A stretch of 63,490 nucleotides of DNA, counting the filler, from Chiloscyllium plagiosum (Eukaryota): assembly GCF_004010195.1 (NCBI RefSeq). It is 4 parts of one record of this genome, joined end to end, with 100 filler letters (N's around TTAATTAATTAA, not from the genome) between each part and the next. Parts side by side here need not be neighbours in the genome. Positions count along the whole stretch, not along the records: positions 12,696 to 40,895 come from NC_057713.1; 3 more parts are not named here. One strand, 5' to 3'. A model generated the notes under the pieces. That model saw only the letters and a list, made by a program, of their open reading frames with translations, searched no databases and was not told the DNA's origin. This document shows positions 23,535 through 37,527 of this stretch, one piece after another. Position numbers and translations under genes: made by a program. Within the stretch, counting starts at the first letter, position 1. Each line of letters begins with the position of its first letter.

Positions 23535-25104
23535 ATGATGCAGGAAGTGTCTGTCCAAGCCAGAGATCGCTCCCATCTATAGTATTGAGCTATTAAGGAA
23601 CAGAAGGCTGACAAAGCTTTTGCAAATCCACTACAAAGAATGATTCAGTGTTTTTATTATTTTTCCCTGCGTTATTGTGGTTTATTAAATCAAAGCAAGA
23701 TGCCAGACCATCTATTACTTTATACTCTCACACGCTGTTTTTTTCATAAAGTGAGTTTTCAATTCACATCTGGGTTGATCTCACCATCAGGTTCCCTGCT
23801 TACCGTGGGAATAGGTTGGAGAAATGTGCAGGAGGGCATGTGCAAAGCAGTGTGCCCAGAAAGTTCACTGACATTCTCTGGCAAAGCTTCAGCAGAATCC
23901 CTGGCAATGTGGCACCAAGGTCTAACTGTTCTACCAAGACCATTTCGGTAATCTTTGTAATCAGGTTGCTGTAGTAAATAGTGTAAACTCTTTGGAATTT
24001 CAGGGCAACAATAACCAGTTCAAAGTGACAAGCAGGTCCTGTTATTGCCATCTTAGGTTAAACTATGATATAGGAAGATCTAGGAACACTCCTGGGTGTA
24101 AGTCTTTCCCATGATAGACTGCATAAATAGGGTTCTGTTTACCTTCTCATGCTAATTGCAATATTCAGCTGGGACAAACCCTAAGCAAAATCTTGATGTT
24201 GGTGGTATGGCATTCTCTTCAAATGAAGGGTTGTGTGTACTTGCACACAAATATTTGTTCTTCAATTTCATAACCTGGTATCTGATTTCTCTCCATGATG
24301 ACACTTGGCCTGGAAATGGATCATGCTGAAATTGAAGCACTATTCATTCTTTAAGTCGACTCATTCTTGAGACTTTCAAGTGCCTCTTGTTGTAAGACGT
24401 GTGCCTACTGCCTAAAGACACTATAATTTTTCCATAAGTGGAGTTCTTTATTGCTGTGGAATGAGCTCCATTCCAAATAGCACTTTAGAACATAGTTGGT
24501 GGGCTGGTTTTAAACATGAGTATTCTGATCCCTACAGGCAAGACAGGTGCAAAAGGCCAGAGAGTGAAAGAGAGAGGGTGTGGGGGAGGAGTGTCCTGCT
24601 ACCAGCTGATAAGACTGTGTCTCTACATAAAATCCCACTACCACCAATTGTTCCCTGAGGGTGGGAGCTGATGAATCTTACAGATAGTAGCAGCAGTGTG
24701 CACGGAGGCTCAGCGATGAAAGGATGAATCTAAGCATTACATTGATGTCAGAGCAGGTGCTGCTGGATGGTTCCCCTACTTATCATGGTGAATCTGACCC
24801 CCATGTCTGCTTGAGGAACTGCCTCCCCCATAGATCTCACCTTTATGTCCATTTTTTTAAAAAAACTGTTTAATAGTTCTTGTTAACCCCTTCACTAAGA
24901 GAGCAAACACCATTCTTTAAAATCATTTGTTCTAGCTTTACTTGCAATGTCATTTCTATGCTGCATTGGATATCAAACAAAGTATACCTGCATTTCTATT
25001 GCCAAAAAATGAATATTGATAATGGGAAGGAATATAGGTGACTGAAATCTATTCCGTTTTTATGCTAACTTTTATCTTGTCACTCACTGAAAAACAAATA
25101 GTAA

Positions 25105-25845
25105 TATTTGCGGCAAACAAATGCAAGATAATAACCACGTCCAGTTAGAAACCATCTAACCATCGTCTCTTGGCATTCAAAGGCGTTACCATCGCTGAAT
25201 CCCCCAGTATTAATCTCTTAGGGGTAACTATTCCAGAACTTGGCTGGACTCGCCATATAAATACTGTGGCTACAAGAGCAGGTCGGAGGCAAGGAATACT
25301 GCAGCGAGTAACTCTCCTGACTCCCCACAGCCTTTCCACCATCTACAAGGCTCCAGTCAAGAGTGTGATGGAATACTCCCTATTTATGTGGATGATGTAG
25401 CCTCAACAACACTTGAAGTTCGACATCATCCAGGACAATGCAGCCCACTTGATTGGCACCACATCCATGAATAACCACTCCTTTCATCGCTGAGACTCAG
25501 TGCACACTGCTGCTACTATCTGCACTGATACCACTGTATCAATTCACCAAAGATCCTTAGCACCTTCAAAACCCATGACCACTACCAGCTAAAAGGACAA
25601 AGACTGCAGGTACATGGGGAAACCACCATCTGCAAGTTCCCCTCCAAACCAATCAACACCCTGACTTGGAGATACATCACTGTCCTTCCAGCTTCGTTGG
25701 ATCATATTCTTGGCATTTCTTCCCTACAGCACATGGACTGCAACAGTTCAAAAGGTAGTTTGCTACCATTTTCTCAAGGGCAGCTAGGTATAGGCAATAA
25801 ATGCTGGCCCAGCCAGTGACACCCATATCCCACAAATTAATTTTT
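25105..25845 (+). mobile_element. L2/CR1-group LINE (second family), 3' end; related pieces at 32400-32770 (+), 39765-40320 (-) and 49135-49625 (-)
   Basis: INLLGVTI..LGWTRHINTVATRAGRRQGIL..LSTIYKAPVKSVMEYS is a post-RT region; tail ggcaataaatgctggcccagccagtgacaccca. Confidence 0.8.
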
Positions 25846-26609
25846 AAAAAGCCTTTCATTGATACTAGCATTTCAATACAGAGTAAGCACAATCTTTCAG
25901 TGAAAAATGACAAAAATATAGCTGGACAGAATCAGCTGGATAGATCATAGTTCTTGGGTTTTGTACATTGCTATATTTATTTTCTATGTGCTTCTTCAGG
26001 TTTTCTTCACATCTCTATGATGTGGGGAGGAAACTTGTAGATTGTAAATTGAATACTTAGTCTGAATTGACTCTGAAACTAATTTAGGGCTTCCTCCTCG
26101 AGGAATATCAATGTTTCGCTCTAGGTTTCTGATCTGATGACAAAGTCAGTGTTGTGTTATGAAGTGAAACACCTTTACACTGATGCCTGAGTTATATTAT
26201 GCATTTACCCTTTTGTATCCTATTAAATTGTTTGCTTGTCTTATATAATATTGTGAAATATATTCGCAACATATTTTTAATATGACTAGCTATGTTTGGT
26301 AAATACCTCTGATTGAAAAGTAATGAAAATAGCAATTTAAATTCTTCTTTCCAAATCATTAGCTTTAAGATCATTGTCTATCATTGGAAAGCAAATTAAT
26401 TTTCACAACTATACCATGGCAACTTTGGCTGATTTTGTTACTGGACAATATATTGTGAATGTATACAAAGGATGATCTTACAATTAACATCACCAAAAAG
26501 CACAAAATGCTTGCTTTAAAATTTTACACAGCACTCTTGTTAGTGTCTTGAGCTAATAACAAAGACACAAAACTAGGATTATTCACACATACAAAGAAAT
26601 TTAATATAA

Positions 26610-26974
26610 TGGATGTGCGTTTGCTCTCTGAGCTGGAAGGTTCGTTTTCACCACTAGGTAAAATCTTCAGTGAGTCTCCGAATGAAGCTCACTTTTTCTA
26701 TTTATATGTTTGAGTTTCCTAGGGTTGGCGATGTCATTTCCTGTGGTGACATCATTTCCTATGGTGATCACCACAGGAAATTACATCACAAACCCAAGGA
26801 AAATCAAATAAATAAATAGAAAGTGGGCTACACCACCAGTGCTTTTCATTTGGAGACTCACTGAACATGTTACCTAGTATGGTGATGAAACATCTGAAAA
26901 CGAACCTTCCAGCTCAGCGAGCAAACCTACATCCAGAACCTCAACCTGAGCTACAAATCTTCTCAAAACTCACT
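26610..26974. mobile_element. Fold-back PLE family B mini-element with a perfect 13-bp TSD
   Basis: Inverted arms centred on ggtgatcacc (26763-26772); AAATTTAATATAA at 26597-26609 and 26975-26987; decayed hammerhead at 26858-26897; homologous to 12273-12450. Confidence 0.85.
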
Positions 26975-28101
26975 AAATTTAATATAACTAAAGAGCTCCA
27001 TATTTTGTCATCTATTTGTTCAAGGTGAAGATCAGAAAGAGCAGCAAGTTTTCCAATATGATATTTGCTCCAACTAAAGAACCTCACACACTCAACTCCT
27101 GTTTTTTGTCCCAACAATTAGCTCAATTATTTTTACGTATGTATTTCTAATTTTTAGGTTTATTGTAGATTTTTGGGAGGTTTCTATCCCAGAAGGTCTG
27201 TGCAAGGTTTTTCTTTGAGTTAAATCCACATCTCTTAATATCAGCCACTTAAGATACTTGCAATTCAGTGGAATTGTGAATTTAATTGTTACATGGGGTG
27301 TCAGAGTCCCTGGACACCAGGAAATGCACCAAGGAAGCTGATAAAACAAAGTTAAAAATCACACAACATCAAAGTTTGTAATTCCATTTTTGTACCACAG
27401 CATGTAGGTAGGTAGCTGAACAAAGTGTTTCCACTGGGAAGTGATTTGCCTACTCACTTTCAAGTATTATGCATTGCAGATGGTTGCCATAGAGATTACT
27501 CCTATTTCATTGTCTATGAACAATGGTTGGTTTTCAATGTGAAATTATCACCTGTAAAGAGTAATTCTATTATTGTTTTGGATTCAACAATAGCCATTTC
27601 AGCCAACATGAGAATACTCTTCACTAGTTGTATAATAGCCTGCCTACTGCATGTGATTGCTTTGATCAGTTTTATTAAACATAGATGAATGGATTCTTAG
27701 CAAAGGTTACTTAGTTCACCAGTCAATGCTATGTAGTTGCATATATTATGTATTTTAACCTTTTATTTCAATTATTTAATGCAATAAATTTGTATTACTA
27801 GTTTATTATTTTTCCTTTCTCTTTTTTATGCACAGAACGTTTAACGATATTTTTCTGTCTTACAAAGCCAACTTATGTCTAATTATTTGCCTGTATGATC
27901 ATTTTATGGAGACAACAGGTGGATGAAACAGTCACAATGTGTTATCATATTACTCTGTCCAAGTGAAGAGCAATATTGAAACTCCAAACAATTACATCCT
28001 CAACAGCACAGAAGTGATAATGACTAAATACTTGAAAGATCTGGGCATATATAATGTACAATAGTGTAGGTGCTGACAGTTTTATTGAGATTGTTAATGT
28101 A

Positions 28102-29150
28102 ATCATAGAGATGTACAGCATGGAAACAGTCCAACTCATCCATGCTGATCAGCTATCCCAACACAATCTAGTCCTAGCTGCCAGCACCCAGCTCATATCC
28201 CTCCAAACCCTTCCTATTCATATACCCATCCAGATGCCTTTTAAACGTTCCAATTATACCAGCTCCACCACTTCCTCTGGCAGCTCATTTCACACATGCA
28301 GAACCCTCTGCGTGAAAAGGCTGCTCCTTAGGTCTCTTTCATATCTTTCCCCGCTCACCCTACACCTCTGGCCTCTCGCTCTGGACACCCTCATCTCCGG
28401 GAAAAGACCTTGACTATTTATCCTATCCATGCCCCTCATGATTTTATAAACCTCTATAAGGTCAGCTCTCGGCCTCTGATGCTCCAGGGAAAACAACCCT
28501 AGCCTATTGAACCTCTCCCTATAGCTCAAATCCTCCAACCCTGACCACACCCTTGTAAATCATTTCTGAACCCTTTCAAGTTTCACAACATCCCTCCGAT
28601 AGGAAGGAGACCAGAACTGCATGCAATATTCCAAAAGTGGCCTAACCAATGTCCTGTACAGCTGCAACATGACCTCCCAACTCCTGTACTCANNNAGATC
28701 CTGTTGTAATCTGAGGTAACCCTCTACGCTGTCCACTACATCTCCAATTTTGGTGTCATCTGAAAACTTACTAACTGTACCTCTTATGCTCACATCCAAA
28801 TCATTTATATAAATGACGAAAAGTAGTGGACCCAGCACAGATCCTTGTGGCACTCCACTGGGCACAGGCCTCCAGTCTGAGAAACAATCCTCTATCACCA
28901 CCCTCTGTCTTCTACCTTTGAACCAGTTCTGTATCCAAATGGCTAGTTCTCCCTGTATTCCATGAGATCTAACCTTGCTAATCAGTCTCCCATGGGGAAT
29001 CTTGCCGAACACCTTACTGAGGTCCATATAGATCATGTCTACCACTCTGCCCTCATCAATCCTCTTTGTTACTTCTTCAAAAAACTCAATCAAGTTTGTG
29101 TGACATGATTTCCCATGCACAAAGCCATGTTGACTATCCCTAATCATCCT
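28102..29150 (-). mobile_element. CR1/HER1-type LINE RT and 3' end
   Basis: [51 protein letters not shown]. Confidence 0.95.
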
Positions 29151-30532
29151 TAAAATGATGAAAGTACGTTTTAAGTGCAGGAATTATTTCAAATAGATTA
29201 GGGAGACCATATTAAAAAGGAAATATCCTGAAATGTAAGTCAGGGTCAGTTCAGTGCCTTTGTTAGTTCACTTAAAGAATACTGAAAGGAATTTTCTTGA
29301 TCTCCATCCCGTACACCCCCGACCCCCATTCCTAACCCTTGAGTTTTTGTGTTTTGTTGCCTTACACAGGTGATTAACAGGTTTGGGTGGATATGGCTTA
29401 TTTGTATTGTGATGATAATGCCTCTTCTGTTATTTGAGCAAGACTCAATGGTCCAACTAATCATTTCTTGTACAACATTTTTGTACATTCGTTTGGTGCT
29501 GAATTAGCACTCTTGGACAGATTGCCCATTTTTGGAGCTGAGCAGCTAACTTGGCTTTTCTGTCACAGGCCTCAGGTGGCCGTTGGTCGTTCAAGGGAGA
29601 GCGGCAGACAGTTGCATGTGGGAAGGTTTCTTCCAGGGATCCAGGGTAGCACCTGGAGAGGTGGTGAGGGGTGGTGGGGGGAGGGGGGAACTGATTCAGG
29701 CCTGGTCCAATGGCTGTAGGTGGAAGTATGAATCAGCTCAGGTCAGGTATTATTGGGAATCATAGCCATAGAGTCATACAGCACAGAAAAGGCCCATCGG
29801 GTCTCCACTAGGGTGTTCATCTTAAATCTGGCAGTTGAGGTGAGATGTCAGGTTAAGGTCCAATGGGGGTGGCATTGAGCTGGTAGAAGTGTGTGTTGTC
29901 CTGGGTGAGGGCTGATGCCAGGTCTGTCCAGTGGGTGGAAAGGGGAGTTCGGCTTGGTGCAGCAGGGATGGGGGCATGGGGCCTCTGGGGAGGTGTGTGT
30001 GTGTGTGTGAGATCAGTTTAATGTTTGCTCAGGAGTTAGACTAAGTACTTGACTGTCCAACTCTTGCTGAGTAACTCTTGTACTTAATTTCATCAGAACC
30101 CTCAGAAGCAGCTGATTTAAATGAGTGTACAATTTGAAAAATGCTCTATAGAAATTCACCGAGGCTCCTTGGATCGCACCTTCCAAACCCAGAATCACTA
30201 CCATCTGGAATCGATGGGGATTCTGTAGGATCCACACGCACACCTCCCATCTCCAATGGCACATGATTGGCTGGTCGGCAGAATTCAGGCCGTTATGTGA
30301 ATGTTCCACCATGCGAGTTGAATTTTCAATTGCATGAGAAATGAACTTTCCTTTTGTCAAAATTAGCCCCTTGAGTTTGCAAGTCTGTGTTTACTAAAAT
30401 ACACAAAACACAGTGTTGAAATGGTAGTTGTTTGGTGGCAGAACAGATCAGGCTGCTGTGATATGAAGAGTGAATGGTGCTGGTTTGGGACTGTTTAATA
30501 GCTGTTATACTGATCACTGTGGTTACTATCCT

Positions 30533-31135
30533 CTTGGGCTGAGGAGTGGCAGATGGAGTTCAACCCTGTCAAGTGTGAGGTTGTCCTTTTTGGAAGGACA
30601 AATAAGAATGCGGAATACAGGGTTAACGGTAGGGTTCTCAGTAAGGTGGAGGAGCAGAGGGATCTTGGGGTCTATGTTCATAGATCTTTGAAGGTTGCCA
30701 CTCAGGTGGATAGAGCTTGTAAGAAGGCCTATGGGTGTATTCGCGTTCATTAGCAGATGGATTGAATTCAAGAGTCGTGAGGTGATGTTGCAGCTGTATA
30801 GGATCTTGGTAAGGCCACATTTGGAGTACTGTGTGCAGTTCTGGTCGCCTCACTTTAGGAAAGATGTGGGAGCTTTGGAGAGGGTGCAGAGGAGATTTAC
30901 CAGCATTATGCCTGGAATGGAGAATAGGTCGTACGAGGATAGGTTGAGAGTGCTAGGCCTTTTCTCATTGGAATGGCGAAGGATGAGGGGTGACTTGATA
31001 GAGGTTTATAAGATGATCAGCTTTAAGCGGCAATTGGATAGGTACATGGATGGGTGCTTAAGCTAGGACAAATGTTTGGCACAACATCGTGGGCCGAAGG
31101 GCCTGTTCTGTGCTGTATTGTTCTATGTTCTATGT
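30533..31135 (+). mobile_element. CR1-type LINE 3' end (subfamily with ttctatg tail)
   Basis: LVRPHLEYCVQFWSPHFRKDVGALERVQRRFT; tail ttctatgttctatgtt. Confidence 0.92.
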
Positions 31136-31243
31136 TGGGTGCTGAATGGAAAAGGATTGTAACATAGGTAGACATGCAGGGTACATCAGAAGTGCAGGAA
31201 AGGACCTGTAAAACGTCAATCTTCTACAAATTTCATTGGTTCG

Positions 31244-31553
31244 TTTAGATTAGATTCCCTACAGTATGAAAACAGGCCCTTCGGTCCAAAAAGTCCACAC
31301 CGACCCTCTGAAGATTAACCCACCCAGACCCATTTCCCTCTGAATGATGCACCTAACGCACTATGGCAATTTAGCATGGCCAATTCACCTCACCTGCATA
31401 TCTTTGGACTGTGGGAGGAAACCAGAGCACACCCACACAAACACAGGGAGAATGTGCAAACTCTACACAGACAGTTGCCCAAGGCAGGAATTGAACCCGG
31501 GTCCCTGGCACTGTGAGGCAGCAATGCTAACCACTGAGCCACCGTGCTGCCCA
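31244..31553 (-). mobile_element. HE1-type SINE, near full length
   Basis: A and B boxes, core, CR1-like 3' end and (taatc)n tail on the minus strand. Confidence 0.92.
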
Positions 31554-32774
31554 GTGGCACATAGACACAGGTGTCTATGTCCTTCTGCAGATCTTCACTG
31601 TCCTCTTCACAGTGGAAAAATGTGAACCAAATGGAACAACATTTTGGACAAATACCATCTCTATTTCAATAATTTCCAGGTTTGACCTTACTGGAAAAAT
31701 GTGCATGTTCAATTAGATTTTGCTTTTTAATATTCAGGTCTGTAAATGGATACCAATACGATTATTTTGCTTTGAAGGGAGATGCATACTAATAAACATC
31801 CTAAAACACTGAATTGATGTGGACTAACTAAATCTTCAATGTTTGGTGAAGTTGTGAGAAAGGTGACAGCCCTTGCAGATCTTGGTTTGCTATTTTCGAA
31901 ATGCAGTTCACCGAGTAAGATTGCAGACCTGATTTGACAAGGAAAACCAACAAATGTGGAATTGTGTGTGTCAAAAGTCACTTCTTCAGAATTTCTGTAT
32001 GCATTTGCTGGAAGCCAATGACCATATTTTAAGTATCATTAACACAAAGTCATTTTTTTGTTCATTGGTGACCAAGTTTATCAGTAGAAAGTAACTTGAT
32101 AAGAGGTCATTAATGATAAGTAATTCCTGGTCCCTTGAGAATTATGGTATTTTCAGTGCATATTGTATCAATACATAGATAACTGAAGAATATCTGAGTT
32201 GGAGTGGTAGGAAGGGAGGAGGTTGTGATGGAGCACACGCACTGCAGTGTTTTTTAAAGTGAAAAACTACAGCTACGAGAAGAAAATATGAAATAAAACC
32301 AAAAGTGCCACTCGACTTCTTCAGGTCAGGCAGCATCTGGGGAGTGAGAAACAGTCAATATTCAAATCCAATGAGTGTATTACTGGACTTAGAAAAGGTA
32401 TATGAGCATCCATTCCCTCCACTACTGACAGTACCTACGAGATGCAGTGTAGAAATTCACCAAAAAACCTCCAAACCCACAACCAGTTTCATCTAGAAGG
32501 ACAACAGCAGCAGATACATGGGAACACCACCACCAGAAATTCCCCTCATAGCCACTCACCATCCTGACTTGGAAATATATTGCTGTTCTTTCAGTGTCGT
32601 AATGTCAAAGTCCTGGAATTCCCTCCCTAAGGGCATTGTGGATCTACCGACAGCACATGGACTGCAGCGGTTCAAGAAGGCAGCTCACCACCACCTTCTC
32701 AAGGGTAACTAAGGAACTGGCAATAGTTGCTGGCCAACCAGAAACGTCTACATCCCATGAAGAAAAAAAGTACA

Positions 32775-33815
32775 GTGCCACACAGCAGATTTGTTAGAAC
32801 ATTTATAGCTTGTGGAATAAGAGGACCGTAGTAATGTGGATACAGAATTGGCTACTCCATGGTCAATGGATATTTTTCAGACTGGAGGAAAATTTGTAGT
32901 GGGAGGGTATTGGAACCCTTGCTCTTCCTCAGGATTAATGAATGTTCTAGAACCTGGTATGCTGGATGCAACTTCAATGTTTGAGGATGATCTGAAACTT
33001 GGAAAGATTATAAACTGTGAAGAGGATAGTGAAGATCTGCAGAAGAACATAGACACAGGCGTGTCATGAGCAGTTATATGGCAGATAAGGTTTGATGTGG
33101 AGAAGTGCAGTGATGCACTTGAGTAGGAAAAATATATAAAGACAATATAAATTAGGGACTTAAATACTTAAGCGGGGTGCAGGAGCAGAGGGAGCTGGGT
33201 GTATGTGTGCATAGCTGACTGAAGGTGGCAGGACAAATGGATAGGACAGTTAATAAAGCATAGACTGTGAGGCATAGAGTACAAGAGCAAGGAGGTTATA
33301 CTGAACTTATACAAGACCATTCATATACCTCAGCTGAAGTATCATGTATGGTTCTGGGTGCCAAACTATAGGAAGGATGCTAATGCATTGGAGATGGTAC
33401 AGATGTGATTCACAAGAATTGGTCCAGGGATGAGAAAACTTGTGTTAGGAGGCGAGGTTCGAGAGTTTGTAGTTGTTCTGCTTGGAGAGGAGAAGGCTGA
33501 GAGCAGATCACCTACAGGTTCCCAAAATTGAGAGAGCTTTGGATAAAGTCAATGGGGATAAACTGTTCCGCTCTTAAAAGAATCACAATTGAGAGGGCAA
33601 TCTACTGTGAGAATAAACTTTATCACATGAGTGTATCAGGTCTGGGATGCACTGTCTGGAAGTGTGCCAGAAATGGGTGTAATTGAGGCATTCAAGAGGG
33701 CATTGGATCATTACTTGAATAGAAGCAATGTGCAAGAGTATGAGAGCAAGGCAGGAATATAGCATTGTCATATAGTTCATCGGAGAGCTATTGCAGACGT
33801 GATGGGTCCATTAAC
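32775..33815 (+). mobile_element. Old CR1-type LINE RT/3' fragment
   Basis: SMFEDDLKLGKIINCEEDSEDLQKNID (decayed FADD motif) and downstream CR1 motifs. Confidence 0.8.
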
Positions 33816-35959
33816 CCCCTTCTCCACCATAACAGTTCTGTGACTCAAAATATTACCTCTGTTTCTGTTACCACAGACTTGTTGAGTTTTTCTGTTTTTA
33901 TCACTGGCATGGACCGGTTGAGCCAAATAATGACCGCTATGAGGAACATGTTTGCTTATGAAGCACATACGTTGATTCCTGGAGAAAGGCAATGCCACAA
34001 ACGATCTTCATGGCCACTTCAACTTTCTTCATTTAATAGCATTGAAGACCTCCATGAAGTTAGCAGTCTGTGGCACTTTCCACTTAGTGCTATGCCAAAG
34101 AGTTTTTGTTTTAATATTACCCCCTTATACTCCTGTCTTCAAGTCCAAATGTGGAAGTACATACAATCAGTTGAAAATGGTATGCAGTGTGTTAACTTGA
34201 TGGACCATTTTGCAGAGTCTGGGATCAACACAAAATGTTAATTCTGGTTTTGCTAATTTTAGAAGCATGGAATTATAAAGAGGGATAATCAGCATTCACG
34301 ACATTGCACAGTGACTACTTAAAATGTCAAAATTCCTGCTGTACCAGTCTGAAGGAGTATATCACTTAAAAACGCAAGATAACCCTGCTTAGTTGTCAGT
34401 CTTGATGTATTCAATGCGATTGAAAACATATTGCCAATATGGGGTTATCCCTCCCAGCATTCTGCAGCTGATTCAGAATGATTTAGCATTTCATTTCATT
34501 TCTGATATCTGTGAAGTATTGGTATCTATACCATTCTATTTACTACCATTAAATAAATATTGCTGACCAATATTTTACGTAAAGTTTCAACACAAAAAGA
34601 AAACAAACAAAAAAATGAATGCAGGCATCAAATTGCCTTGTGTATAATGATTTCGCCTCTTCAAATTAAATTTGACTTGGCTGAGAGTTCATGATGGATG
34701 TAGGGACAGATTTTTCTATCAGCGTAATTGTGTCGTCACCTAGGACTTTTAGTGCACAAAACAGTGAAGCAACTTAAGGTGAATGCAGAAAAGTGGCAAA
34801 AACAAATCTCCAAAAATTGCTGTGCAAATGATTCTCTTCCATCATTAACTTTGTGAAAATGGTCCCTCACTGTTTGCCTCACCAACAAAATTGATTTAAT
34901 GGGGGAAATGTAGTTTTATTTAGATAGCTGAACCTACCACACACATTTTTGTGCTAGTAATTCCTAAGTATCCTTTTAATGACATGATGATAGTGTGAGT
35001 AATTGCCAGTCAAGCTCTGTGGATCTGAAAACTAGCTATTATAATGTGGAGTCACTTTCTCCTGGGTTATGGATTGTATTAGGTCAGTTTGAAATGTTAA
35101 TTTTTTTTTGTTCTTTTTGTCTTTTTCTTTCACTTGTCTTCATTCAAGCTTCCTCCCAAGTAAAATGCTATGCTCCCATTAGAATTACAGCCTGGTATTT
35201 TTCAAAAAACATACCTTCTGATGCTCAGGTAGTTCCACTAATATTGACCTATCTGATTAAATCTCAACAACTCAGTAATAGTTGAACTTGTAGAGAAATG
35301 GAGTCAGTAATTGTTGTTCAAATAAATAACTGACTTTAATAGATGGCAACAATATCAGCCACTGTTTCTTTGGTCTCAAATACAGTCAGCCTATCAGTAA
35401 TTACCCTTCCTGTTGGCTTCTGTGTTGACCATCTGATGTCATCATTCTATTGGGATCTTCTTGCTCATCTCACCATCTTATCTGTTGGCTTTTTCCCCAG
35501 TTATGACCCATTTCCAGCAACTGCTGCCTATACTGATCCTCAGTAATGCTTGCTCAGTCCCTGCTTGTTGAAATTTTGTCACATTACAAGTTGTGTTACC
35601 TTAGAAACCTGGAGATTTGTTGACACTGTGGTAGCATTGCACATCAACATTCTCAAACTCAGATCAACACTAGCCTTGGTTTTAAATGCCTGCATTGCAC
35701 TGATGCACGACAGTTTAAAATTCTCACCATCTCATTCGCACCCCTCCGTGCTTTCAATTAGGCCGAGTAGGGTTTTCCTCACAGATGACAGAATTCCATC
35801 GAGGGGCAGAAACCCACACTTTGCAGGGAATGATAACCCAGTTGTGATTGGCCCTGAATTCCCCCAAATAATGGCCAAAGCACCAGCTTGCTGTCCAATT
35901 AAGGACGGCATGTAGGTTTTCAAAACTCTGCTGGTTACAATTGTAGAGCTTCTCAGCTT

Positions 35960-36062
35960 GTCTCTTCCTGATGAAGGGCTTACGCTCAAAACATCAATTC
36001 CCCTGCTCCGCGGGTGATGTCTGACCGGCTGTGCTTTTCCAGCGCCACACTCTTCGACTCTG
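35960..36062 (+). mobile_element. PLE family A terminal fragment with a decayed hammerhead
   Basis: cctgatgaagggcttacgctcaaaacatcaattcccctgctcc...gtgcttttccagcgccacactcttcgactctg. Confidence 0.7.
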
Positions 36063-36177
36063 CCCACCCGGTCTGTCAAGGTCAGAAGTCAGACAACGCC
36101 AGGTTATAGTCCAACAGGTACTGACACTGGGTGCCCACCTCTCGGCAGCTATACTGTTCCTTGTCTCTGGGAACTTT

Positions 36178-36700
36178 GATTTGATTTGGTTTATTATTTT
36201 TACATATACCTAGGTACAGTAAAAAGCTTTTTGTTTTGTGTGGAGTACAGGCATATTACCATACAAAGTGCACAAGAGTAATAGAACAGAGTGAGGAATA
36301 CAACGTTACGTTTGCAGAGAATTTGCACAAAGAACGAGATCAGCATTAGATTTGAAATTTTAAAGGTCCATTCAGAAGTCCAATTACAGCGAGGAAGAAG
36401 CTGTACTTGAATCTGATGGTACTTGTGTTTCAACTTTCGTATCTTCTGCGGAAGGGGTTTTGCAGAGATTATAGCCAGGGTGGGAGGGGGTCTTCCCGAG
36501 GCAGCAGGAGGGGTCTTCCAGAGGCAGCGAGAAGTATAGATTGAGTCAATGGATGCAAGGTTGGCTTGCGTAATAGATTGGGCTGTGTTCACAGCTCTCC
36601 AGTTCCTTCCAGTCCTGGGCAGAGCAGTTGCCGTACTGAGCTGTGATGCATCTATAAAGATTGGTTAGAGTCTTTACGGACATCCTGGACGACTTCACAG
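36178..36700 (-). mobile_element. Rex1/Babar-type LINE 3' fragment
   Basis: TLTNLYRCI..YGNCSAQDWKEL and NTAQSITQANLASIDSIYTSRCL are characteristic of the Rex1 C-terminal region. Confidence 0.75.
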
Positions 36701-37527
36701 CTGGGTAGAAAATTCCAGTAAACTCCCGTGTCAACGATAGTCCTTAAAAGGCCATCGGCTGAATTGGCTACCGGATGGCAGGTATCCTTGCCATCTTCCT
36801 CATCCCATTCCTAGGAAAATAACCTGGCAGTGGAATACTGGTACATCAAGCAGAGATCTAGAATTCTGCCCCTTTGTCCCACCATTATTGCTGGACCTTT
36901 AGCAATGGTGGCCCAGAACTCTGAAACGTCCTCACTATACTTGGCCACCTCTGAACCTTTTAGACTGTCATTAAATCTTTGATCAACCTTTGGTTGATGT
37001 CAACATTTATCGGATTTATGTACCAATGAAGAGCGTCTTAGCCTGAGAAATCCAAGTTGCTGTAACTTCAGCAAAGGACAAGAGAATTTGATACAATTGC
37101 AGTGGGCATGATACAAAAATGCACAGTGAAAAGTCCAGGTGACAGAATTCTGCAGGATGAAGTTTTCAGGCCGCTGTGGTGCACTGAGTGGAATATCTAC
37201 AGAAGTCAGCTGTGGCCTGCCTGAAGACCCTCAGGCAATAATGTCACTTTAATTCTGCACTTAGCAATAATATTCCTCCTTTACAATCACGATGAACGTC
37301 ACAACTTTTTGTCTGGATTATTAAAGGCATTGTTGAGGTAAAGTCTGTGGCCTTTATTCTAGCTCTGAATCCAGATGGCATTTAGAAACTGCTTCAACTT
37401 CATCAAGTCATTTAATTTCCAATTATTCCCAGATAATATACTTGTCATCCTAGCATGTTTATTGACAAATAAAAGTTATTGTATATAGTTTTGGAGGGGA
37501 GGAGCCTGAACCTCAATGTTTGCTTAG

